NCBI RefSeq assembly: GCF_964355755.1
Contig: NC_092670.1
Coordinates: 19,826,795-19,890,794, forward strand
Direction of reading: 5' to 3'
From: Antedon mediterranea
Lineage: Eukaryota; Animalia; Echinodermata
DNA: 64,000 bases
Shown: one piece after another, positions 50,389 to 62,300 of the stretch
Layout of the letters: every line of letters starts with the position of its first letter
How positions within the stretch are numbered: position 1 is the first letter of the stretch
Position numbers and translations under genes: made by a program
The notes under the pieces: model-generated
Database searches by the model: none
Told to the model about the DNA's origin: nothing
What the model saw: only the letters and a program-made list of their open reading frames with translations

Positions 50389-52839
50389 TTAGTCATTCAC
50401 AATGTTCTCTCTTTTTTCTTTTGTTTCAAAACTATGTGTAGAAGTCTCTGAATTGTTACCAATTTCAGAATGAAGTCCTTTATCAACAGTATTTTCTTTT
50501 CCACACTTTTCTTCATTAGTTTTCTTCTGTGCTGGACAAGGCACATCATCCTCTTCCTCGCTAGATTTCTCTGATTCTGGAAAATCATATCGACGTTGAC
50601 TCTTAAGATTTCCAAATTCTTTTTTATCCTCTTCTTCCTTTTCATTCTCCTCTTCCTCACTGGATTCTTCAGAATCGGGAAAATCGTACTGTGGTTGCCG
50701 ATTTAGATTTCCAAATTCCTTGTCATCATCAATATCAAAGACGTCTGTAGGTAAATTATAAATCATTTTTGTAAAAATAGTATTCAACAAGTAATAATTT
50801 AAAGATATATTGTCCCCTTAAAAAATATTTGTTCTCAAATTTGAATGTCACATAATAGTTATTCACTTTGACCAAAAACTGGATTGAAAAAAAAAAAATT
50901 TACAGAAAAAAATGTAATTTAAAGCAAAAAAGTTTTTGGTTAAAATTAACCATTAACTGTTTGGTGTTTTTTACAGAAATGAATAACTTGTTAAAACTGC
51001 AAAATGCTAAGTTAAAGTCTGATTTGTGATCTTCATTATTTATGTTTCTGGCAATACATCTTTAAAGAATATTTTGAAACAAATTTAGTACCTATTTTGC
51101 TTTTAGCTAAATCTTCATCCTTGCACTTTTGCATCCAGTCTTGTTGGGCTGTAACTACTTCAGCCCCGGTTCGACAAGATGCGTAGATGTCAAGAATTTC
51201 CTGGTTCACATCAAAGAAACCCTCACCCCACTTGAAACGCTTTAATAATTTAATGCCATACTCTTTAAGACCTAGAAGAATACAGTAGAAAATTCTCCTA
51301 AATACTAAATATTCATTTTGTTTGACAAAATGGAACTTGGACAGGGGTTAAAATAAAGTATTCTCATTTAGGAAAGGGTACATTTCACACTGCTCGATCA
51401 AACATGCTTTATATGAAAAATAATGATTAATATACAAATAATAAATGTTTATGAATACAATGGTACAAATAATTTCATGAGGTGAAAAATTGCACTCTCG
51501 GTGACTTAATTAAGAGTGCAATAGAACATTTATCCTCCAATAAAAGGACAAGAATCTACTTAGGTGTGTTACAATTAATACTAACCTACAATATACAATG
51601 TGGCAGCAAAAGCTTCAACGCATGATAGTTTACATGGGCGTCCGTAGTTGATTGGATTGACTGCTATGAGGTAGGGTAACAGACGTGGCTGGCCTCCTCG
51701 CATCTTACTGAAGGGTGTCTCTTCTAGCTTAGCCCATGAACAGTCTACAACTGCAATGCCTTTAGATAGAACAAGTTCTCTGAAAGTATAATTGAACAAA
51801 ATGATACTGCAATATGTTTATACAGTCAACTCTCCCAATACCGGACACCTTTGGGCTGGCCTATTATGTCTGGTTTTCTGGAAAGTCTGGTATTTGGAAT
51901 GTGTTTCTAATGGAAAAATGAATTGGGAACATTTTTGGACCCCAAGAAAAGTCTGGTTTTCTGTTTTCAGAGAGTCCGGTATTGGGAGAGTTGATGTTTG
52001 CCCTACACTGACATAATTTTGTTAGTTGAGAACATTTCTGAGTGACTGAAAACACAAGAAAAATCTCCACTGCAGTAGTTAAAAACAAATATTTGGGTTA
52101 ATAGTGATTTGCCTTTCTGACCAAACACTGCACAAACTTACTTATCTTCTGGTGAAACGCATTTAATCCCCATAGGCGACAGAATCAATCCACCAAATCT
52201 CTGCGACAATTTCAGGTTACGAACTAATCCCTTACGAATGAGTTTACGTCCTGTACATTTCTTGGGGTCACAATGCTCAAGATCCCACATGGCAAGTGGC
52301 AAAGGCACCTTCAGAAATTCCTCGCTGGTTTGTTCACCTCCGCAGGCTTCATCGAGATTTAATCCTTCTATATGTATAAAAAACAAACACAAAAAATAGA
52401 ATAATATATATATATGATATAATTATAAGAAGTACAAAGCTGTAAAATTATGGTTTGGTTGACTGCGACCACACTGATGAATGGCTGACATAAGGTTCTG
52501 TGAAAGAGTCAGTCTAATTACTGAGAACTAACCGGAAACAACCAAAAAAAAATCGTACTGTAGGGCCTTTTGGTTGTTTTCGGTTGATTTTAGTTGTTTT
52601 CGGTAATTAGACTGACCGCTGTGAAGAGCCATTAGTTTATATGCTCTGCCAGGAACAAGGAAGACCAAATAAGTAAAATTGGCGAGGAAAATGATAGCCT
52701 CTTTCTCACCATCTAGGCAATAGTTAAGATCTTCTGACATTTGTTTGAATCGATCATGCTTCTCTGCTTGACTTTGACGTCCTCGTGCTGATGCATTTCC
52801 ATGTTTTCCACCTCGACTCTGGTTTTTCTTTTTTCCCAT
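50389..52839 (-). CDS. TSR3: 18S rRNA aminocarboxypropyltransferase TSR3 (361 aa, 5 coding exons)
   Basis: Exons: 52839-52710, 52367-52142, 51779-51586, 51271-51092, 50744-50389; total 1086 nt. Motifs [54 protein letters not shown] and [11 protein letters not shown]; acidic tail. Confidence 0.96.
50803..51061. mobile_element. Kolobok-type MITE, subfamily 2, filling most of the last TSR3 intron
   Basis: TTAA|AGATATATTGTCCCC...CAATACATCT|TTAA. Confidence 0.75.
51821..51995. mobile_element. Tc1/mariner-type MITE
   Basis: TACAGTCAACTCTCCCAATACCGGAC pairs with GTCCGGTATTGGGAGAGTTGA. Confidence 0.75.
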
Positions 52840-53334
52840 TGGATCTAATGTAAGTATGGTTGTAAATGATAAAAATACCGTAGTATAAATATTTGTGTAC
52901 GGTTAGGACGCTCCACACACTCTGGGGGAAATTTAACCTTTTTCCTAATCATATCGAATAACAAATTAATTGTCACTTACTGTGGTGAAATCTAAGCTAT
53001 CAAAAATTAGCCCACCTTTTTGCTAATTTTTCAAATGTCAAATGTCTCGACTTAATATAATAATATTATTCAACTATTATTGTTAATTATCAAATCAAGA
53101 TACTAAATTTCCTTACGCAAAATATTGGCACAATTAATACATAAACAGTAAATTTACAGAATTCACACAAATAATTAATAAGAAATGTTGTAAAACAAAA
53201 ATGAAGATGAAAGATGCATGCCTCCTTTTTGTTTACCTTATATTATATCTTAAAAAGACCCGGAAGTGATTCTTAAACACGTGTTAAAAAATCAACATCA
53301 ACATCACATGACTGGTTGACCTATTTTCTGAAAG
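52840..53334. promoter_or_regulatory. Divergent promoter of TSR3 and WASHC2, with ETS/GABP, E-box and YY1-like motifs
   Basis: Start codons are about 495 bp apart, head-to-head. CCGGAAGTG at 53260-53268, CACGTG at 53278-53283, and AAGATGGC overlapping the WASHC2 ATG. Confidence 0.65.
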
Positions 53335-56300
53335 ATGGCTCCTCCACCACCACCGCCACCGCCTCCTCCACCACCCATACAAAGTGCTAATGCCGACGGT
53401 GCTGCTGCCGCCCCTGTGGCGCAACCTGTAGTAAGTATACATTTATTTTTTGTGATTAATTTGAGTGATAATTTGTATAAAACTATGCAATTGTATTTAC
53501 GCTAGGCCCGAGGATTCAGGAAGGCTAGGCCTGGCTAGCTAGGTTGTTGACGCCGAGCCGACACGATCGAGCACTCTGCTGCACTCGGAGCTCAGATATC
53601 TAGGCCTGCTAAGAGGAGGGCCTAGCCTCTAGCACTAACAACCCCCCCCCCCCCCCCCCCCCCCCACCGAGATTTGCTTATCAATAATGTATATTTAGAT
53701 TAAATTAAACGATTAGGCCTAGGCCTATTTGTTTATTGAAGGTGGTTTCAGGGAAAAATTTCATTTTAAAATTTTGTTTAGCAAAATTGCTAATCAAACT
53801 GATTTTTGAGTCGAGAAACATAGTTTTGTATTGTATTTTTTGCTACACATTTTAGAAATGTGTAGCAATAAGGTTGTTTTGTATAGCTTTTTGCTATGCT
53901 ACACTGGCGAAATTATTCCCTGTGTTTTTAATAACTTATTTATATTATAATTAAATATAATATTAGGCCTAGGCTAGGCTAGGATAGGTGGGGCAGCTAT
54001 ATTTATATAATTTCATCTAGGACTGTTTAATTATCAAGGTATCTTACTGTTTAAAATAATTCACTGCATATGGTAGCTATGAGAACACTTAAACCTACAT
54101 TGATTTTATTTTTGTACAGAAGGTGATTATTTTAATTTGTTAATTTCCTTTTTTATTACCCTCTACAATTCCTTCAAATCAGCTCTTGTCTTTTCATTCA
54201 CAAAATATCATTAGTTTTAGAAAAAATTGGTCAAAATTTTGGAATTTAAGAATTCAAGCATTTGGCTTCATTTGTAGAATTCTACTACTCAACTTTTTTA
54301 ATAACTTATTACATTGCAATATTTGGTAAAGCACAAAATATAAAATAGAAAATTAAATTAAAAAAAGTATATAAGTACAATTACCTACAACGTCCTAATT
54401 TGCAGAGGTCAGTGCAATATCGAGTTACATTGACTGAAATTATTTGTTGCTAAGCGATATAACGCCCTCTCTACACTATCGAAGCTGTCTAGACTCTGAA
54501 CAAAACGCTGTAAAGGAGTTTCCCGAAAGGAAACGTACACTGTCACTACACAGGAAACTTAGTCAGAAATATGTAAATTCACTTCTTTCCTTTAATTAAA
54601 TAAAGTTGATTCAATATTGAATTATCAAACTAAAAATATAAAAGTTGTTTGATGATCATTCATATAGAGTATGCAAATTCATATCATTGCATATTTAACT
54701 GGCATAAAATATATAGCAGAAGTGAAAATTGTTATGCCTTATTTTTTATTAAATTAATAAACTAATTTATTAATGTGTTAAAGTATTGCATCATCAATCT
54801 TTAGAATTGGTTTTATTCTTACAATATCTAATTTAAACATTCTCATGAAATTGTCATGTTTATAACGCAATCCCAATTCCGTGCAATACAACATTGAGCG
54901 ATGGCTAAGTTGTTGTAGAGTATTCGCCCGACTTGTGTTGTCTGTCACAGGAAGTCGTGCATGAGTAATCTCTAACCGTGTAGTGACAAACATATCTGGA
55001 TAGGGCTTCGCAGTTTGATCTTCTTTATGGTAGCTGTTTTTTCACTTTGATATGTTGAATCTCTGGCAAAAGGTGAGATATTTCGTCCTAAATTATATAA
55101 ATCTTATTACTAAATATCTAGGCATGTTCTTAAAAAGTTACTACATCGACTTTACTGTTTTTTTTTTATAGTTGGCATACAACTTATTTAATGATTTGAG
55201 TATGCATAGTTATTTAGTATTAAATAGTCTTACCGATACAGCAGGGTGTCATCGTCTCTATCTATATCCTCAAGCCAAATTGTCTGCCCTGTTAAATGAC
55301 TGGGTATCGAGGTGGAGGTTACATTTATACAAGACTTTACAATTAAACTTGACATGGTATTAGATGAATGTGTAAGAGGGCGTACTCGTCAATAGAATGG
55401 AAAATCATAGAGTTATAAAGTACTGTATTGTTAATGTATTATTGAGGTGGAGAATGCACTGTAGAACCTGATTGGCCTTAAAGTAGGAATAAATTTATTT
55501 TAAATTAAGGCATTCGCATAAGATAATTTTGTTCAAACGGAAAGTTCAAAACCATAAAATGAGATTGTTCCCTAAAGTGAAATAAGTAAGGTCTACTTAC
55601 TGTGTTTAATAATTTGATCGGTAATTAATTGGAGTGCTCTTTAAAGTTTAATCATTATTTTAGTATTCCTTAAAATAGAATAGAACAATATGATTTTAGA
55701 GAGATAAGAAAATATTGCATCATTACATTCCTGTGTAGAATAGAGTGAAATACTATTTTGTGTGTAATATATTTTATATTTAAAAAAGTATTTGAATGCT
55801 TGACAAAGGTCATTGGATGTGATTTTTCTTGGCATAAGTTCAAAAGATTTTGCATTGCATTTATTATTTTTATAATCTATTTTTGTTTGTATTTCTGGAT
55901 GTTTTTATTGATAAGAAAGATTGTGTACTGTTAGACAGATGATTGGCTGCTATAGTTTGATTCATTTCTCATGTGAAATCTATTGTTAATAATTTTGTCA
56001 CAAATGATTTCATCTAATGTTTTCGGAGTGACAGACAAAAATCATTTTGCGGCTGCTGTGTGACCTATGAACTTGTTCCTATATTTATGCAGCATTTCCA
56101 GGCTGTACTTCCTGGGTATCCACTAGTTTGCTACAGTATACTGTTAATGCTTGATCTCTGAGCCTAGTTGATTACATTACCATAAACATGTCTTAACCTT
56201 TTAATAAATGTTTACTTCTTGAAATGTTTTCTTTGATAACATTGTATCTAAATGCTCTGTCTACACTATGAAACTTTCTGTGACAACAAAATATAATGTG

Positions 56301-59300
56301 CCCATATGGACATGATGTCATATCACTACCATATTTAGGAATATCACTACCATATTTGGGCACATCACACCTTTTTTGTCTAGTGTGATAGTGTAGACAG
56401 AGCTTTAGGGTACAACAATATAATCTGAATACATTATTATCCGTAACTGCCTATTATCAGACCAATGATTGTTAAACTGCATTATAAATTTAACTAATTT
56501 TATCTCTTATTTATTTTTTATTCATATTTTTGTCAAATACAAATAAAGCATATCAACCCACAGCAAGGACAAAGTTTTTTAATGTTAATTTTCTTCTTTC
56601 AATAGACAGAAAGAATTTGAGCTATTTGTATTAAGAAATCAGAATGATTTATAATCAAAATACTTACTTTACTAATAGAATGTAAGTATATTGATATTAT
56701 TACTCTTTAGGCATCAGACATTGGACTGGATGGAGGAAATAGTTCAGGAGAAGGGCCTATGGCACCTGCGGCGGAAGCCAAAGCGGAGAAAACCATGACC
56801 TTATCTGAGGTCAGAAAACAGAGCTGTAATTGGTCAATGGCATCAGATGCTGGTGTAAGTTATGTTAACATACTTTTATTAAGAAAATATTTAAAGAGAT
56901 GGCTTAGTTAATGATGAATTACACATTTTGGTGTGAATATTCATTCATACACATTTATTCAGTATAACAATCTGGGGCCCGCACTAGAAGCAAAATCTTG
57001 TCTCATGATAGCCCCTACAATACATATGTATATACATGAAAAGAAATATAAAACAATAAACAATAAAATAAGTTAAAAAGGAGATAAAATATTGAGCATA
57101 ACAAAAGTTATGTTGTTTAAATGGCTAGTAGGTAAGTATAGGTATACTTCAATATAATTAATCAACGATTTAGTTTAGAATTTGAACAGCGCCATTTTGT
57201 CTGACTGAGGGAAAGACTATTGCCTATATTCTATTATTTACAATGTTAATTGTTTCCTTTTTTAGTTGTTACTTTATTTACAAGAATTTTCTCAGAAGAT
57301 GATAGCAAGAACGAGTGAGTTGGAGAAGATGGTGGATGGAGTGGTCAACGAAGCAAAGAGTACAGACTCAAAAGTTCATAATACTCTTAATGACTTCCTA
57401 ATGATTGCCAATACACAGTTTGTAGAAAATGTAAGTTACATCATAAAATAATATAGTGATATAATGGCTATGAGCGCTCACTGGTTAAACACAGGGGCCC
57501 CAGGGCAGGGTTCAGAAGGAAATACAGGCATTAAAATATGCCAAGAAAGGCAAGGTCACCAGCTTTGGAGGGTCACTTAGTGTCCCTAATCCAGGGGCTT
57601 ATACCTCCGCATGTTGCCGGTGTGTTATACTTGTTTGTGTCTGTATCCAGTATGCATAGGATGGTGTCCAGAGTTTGATTGCAGCCACAGGTGTAGCAGT
57701 ACATGAACTAGCACACTTGGAACCCTACTTTTTTTTAATTGACATGCACATGTGCCTTTTATTCATTCATGCAGGATATCCCATCTATTTTCATTTCATT
57801 CATCATATTAATATTGAATAATTATAAAACATGGTTTGAAATTGTTTAGATTCAGATTAAATGCAATAATGCAATTCCAAGAAAAAATGAAATCATTCCT
57901 TATTTTTTAGAAAAGGTTAAAGGTTAAAAGTAATCAAATTGGGTATTACATTAGTGATAGTATAACATTACTATTATATCTCTATTCTTCCACTGCATTT
58001 AACTGCTTCTTCGCAGAATTAAGAAAAGAGTTCCTCATACTATCCATATTCATTTATGTGTTTCCTTATTTGATAGCGAGTGTATGATGATTCAGAAGAG
58101 ATGGACATGCAAAATGCAGCCCAGGCAAACGCTGTAAGTAAACTTTAATACTGTTTAATGTGTAGGCATAGCACAGAAGAAATGTCCTCCCTCACAAAGT
58201 TAGTCTCTTCCTGTACATCCCATAAAATGTTAGGCTCATCAGTGGTTAGGTCTTCTATGTTCAACTTAACATTGTGTGATACTTAAAGTCTCTGGTGAGA
58301 AAATAAATAATATTGATTGATATTATTGATCAATCTTTTACAACAAATTACTACTTACAGGAAAAACAAGAAGTGACAGAAGTAGATTTAATACCTAAAG
58401 TATCAAAAGCGTTAAACCTAGGAATCAACGTGATTGATACAGCGTTTGATACGTTAGATGCCAATGCAGGCAATTCTGATTCAGAAGACGATGATACAAG
58501 TTACAGACATGAACCTATTCTTGAACCAAAGGTTAAAGGTTTTTTGTCTTCTCATAGCTTAAGGCTCTGTCTAAACTATCAAACAATATGTGATAAAAAA
58601 AATGTGATGTGTCCATATATGGACACGTTGATGTTATATCACTACCATATTTGGGCATATCACTACCATATTTGGGCACATCACACTTTTTTTGTCAATC
58701 TAGTTTAATAGTGTAGACAGAGCTTAAGATTATAATTATAATACTTTATCTAGCTACGGATACACTTGATTTACCCAAGGATGTTTGTCATCAATTCTAT
58801 CAACAACAAAAATATTTTTAAAAATAAGATATTAGAATATTTTGTTAATTACAGAAGTTACAACTAACTTTAATCATATTTTACAACTACCTATTAAAAT
58901 TAGGTATTGAATAACGGAGAATAAATGTAAAGTATTATTAATATTTTCCAGGACCCATACAGCCATCGACCCTTGCCCCATATTATTGGTTCATCACTCT
59001 TTATGGAAGAGGACGATGTTGGTTTGATTGAGTACACAAGTGAAGGTATTTTATATTAATTTAAATTAAATATTTTTTATTTTTAGTAATTTTGCTATTG
59101 TAATATATATTTTATACTGTAATGTAAACCAATCAATCAAATTTCATCTGTACCTCGTTAAAATGACAATAAATAACATCGTATCGTATTGTAAGGCACT
59201 TTAAAGCACTCAAAAAGTAAGATGATATTTTAAGGTATATAAGGTGATCACAATTCAAAGATGCCAAGAAAACTTTTTCATTAACATTCAGTCCTTTCTT

Positions 59301-62300
59301 AATATATTTAAACTTTTATAAGCACATATATTAATCACCTTTTTTCTTGTTACAGTTGAAGATGACCTAAGTGTTACAGGCAGTTCAGTAACAGATAGTG
59401 GAGAAGAGACAGATCTATCCGAGTCAGAGGTTAGTAATAGTGTATTTAAATTCATTTTATAGACAAGTTAGTTTTAGAATGTTTTTGCCAAATTAACCAT
59501 TGACAGACCATCCTGTTTTAATATAGACCGCTTGACAGTTGATTTAACCCCTCACTAGAAAGTTTATAAGAATCATCTGACATCATTAATTCAATGATGT
59601 CATTTTGCATATCACTTCTTGTATACTGTATAGAGATATTTTATTGTTTAAAATAACCCCTAAAATGCACACAACAGAAGGCAGCCACAGGCTATACCCA
59701 GATTTAGTATTTAAAACAAAACCTTGGTTTTTTAACTGCTATCAACCATATTTCATAGTTTTTAAGTCTCAAATAACATTCATATTTGTTCATATTTCCG
59801 TAGTATTCTGAATCTGCTAGTGAATCAGACTTAGAGGAAGGAGACATTGTAAGTTACGTTATTTTTTATTACAATAATTAATTATTAATTTTATTGCAAT
59901 CCCCAACCCTTCCTGGATGTGGTTCAAATGTAATTTAAAACATTCCCAGTAAATTCCGTCATTTTTGCTGAGCACTAAAACGTCAAAATGTTGTCAGTTG
60001 CATAATGCAGAGGCCTTCATTGCTGGTGACCTCAGGCGTTTTTCAATATATTTTAATGCCTTTTTTCCTCTGGGCACTGCTCAGAGCCCCCACATAAGTT
60101 CCGGGGCCCCTGGGTTTAGCCAGTGAGCGCTCATTGCTCACGCCACTGCATGTTGTTATGGGCTAATACATTTTGTAGATCAATCAGAAGGGATAGTTTT
60201 ATTATTATTGTATTTAATTATGTCAGGGTTCGGAAGACTCTGATGCAGAAGAGAACGACCTCTTTGGTGAGTCTGAGGATGAGATGGAGAATGGACCACT
60301 AAGTACACAGAAACCATTCACATCAGAATTAGAGGCAAAGATACTTGGAGCTGAGGTCAAAGGTTAATATTGATTCATGATGTTAAATGCAACACTAAAT
60401 AGTAATAATATTTTTATACAATAATCAGAATATTTCTGTGGGCAATATATATCTTGGTGAAACTTACGTTTCTGAAACTATCAAAATTGTAACAGTCTAA
60501 TGTCTTTATACACTGTCTACCATGGTAGCTCAAGGAATAGGAAAAATCATATATGATAAGAATAATTCTCATTGTCAAGTAATAGGTGTCTTAATTCATT
60601 TTAATTGTTCGTTGATAAAACTTTTATTTAGATCAACGAAGAGATCGCAGTGAAAGCAAAATATCTACGTCATCAGAGAAGGATAAGAAAAAGAAAGAAT
60701 CTGAAAGAAAGGATAAAAGAAGAAAAAGAAGCTCAACAAAATCATCTATCAGAACCGAAGGTAACAACTTTATTTTGAGGAACACATATTTTTATGAAAG
60801 TTATAATTATAAAGAAAGGGATATTTAGTTCTTTATTTCATCAACATCATCTCTTACTATTTATATATTAATGCTTGTCTGTTTATTGAATAATGTTGTT
60901 CTTGTACAAAAGATGACGATCCATTTGGTGTGCACGCTCCCCCTGATGAAGATGATGTATTCAGTGGCGGAAAGGGATTGTTTTCTGGCAGTAAAGGTTT
61001 GTTTGACGATGACGATGCCGCAGAAGATGATGATGGTTTATTTGATGATAAACCAAACAAAGAACCTGAACCGCAAGTGGAAGAAACAAAACCAAAAGGT
61101 TAATATCGCTTATCATTTGTTGTAAATTATTTCTAATTATTTTTTTATATGTTTAGGCAAATTGCCAAGGATAAGCATAAGCTATCCTTCTTAAAGGTGG
61201 CAATCCTGTTGACAAGACAAACATTACACAAGATGCTATGCATAAATAAACAAAGTCTTTGAGAGTGGAGTGTCATTATAAACAATCCTGAAATATGACA
61301 GGACACTGGTAGCCAAGCATCATAACCACTAAGCCAAACTCCACTCATAAGTTTGTTGCCAAATTATCACTTGACAAGGTTCAGAATTGAACCCAGGTCA
61401 TGTTGTAGCATTTGCCTTCATCATTTTTCAGAAACTAAGCCAAGGGCTAGAACAAGAAGTGGTCGCAAGGTACCAGTAGGTGGGGTATCGATGTTTGGTG
61501 CAGCCAATGATGAACTCTTTGGGTCACCATCTAAAGAGGATGTCAGTGAAGATGAAGAGGAGGCACAAGAACATCAAGAAGTATGTCTTTTACAGTTACA
61601 ATGCTATTTTTGTTTTGTATTTTATTCACATTCAACATGACAATTTTAGTTTTGGTTGTAATCAATATTATTGTCACTATCATCATATCATTATCAATAT
61701 CATAATTTTTTATTAATAATAACCTACATAGAATCAGATAAAAAGCAGAAAAATATAATTCTATTATTATTATTATGACACAATATGATAAAATGTAATT
61801 GTCCCAATTGCTGAAAGCAGTTATATGGTTCCTTATGTACTTTAGGTAATTGTAACAACAATTTTAATGGTGTAACATTTGAAATCTATTTGTTTTAACT
61901 TGGGGATGGGGTCAGTTACCTACACTTTAAATGAATTACACGTTCAATATTTTTGCTGAAATACCTGGTTTTATAACCATATTTATTCATACAGTCAAAC
62001 AACACAATCTTAAGGGCTCATTTTGCGGCTGTGTCCAAGCGCCCTCTATTCCCGGTAAGTCATGTGATGCAAACCTTGCCCACAGGGTTATGCACGGCAC
62101 GAAAATACTAACCAAATTTATATTGAGAAGAGTTCATTTGAAGAATTTGAATTTTACTGCAATAAGCTTTGAAGGTACTGCAGCAACTACTATAGAATAT
62201 TTTGACATGGTCCTTTTTTATAACCTTGACTTTAACCATAACATTTGAATTGAGAATGCACAGTTTATTTGATGCTTTCTATTGACTGATCTTTTTGTAA

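Noticed and set aside
55172-55400. Nested gene in WASHC2 intron 1
   Set aside because: Only short ORFs, with no coherent exon chain or recognisable protein; more likely decayed repeat sequence.
3031-58245. Other CTGATGA occurrences (for example 3031, 6673, 38351, 52474, 58237) as hammerheads or C/D snoRNAs
   Set aside because: None has stem II followed by GAAA, or a box C/D pair with a terminal stem, that I could verify.
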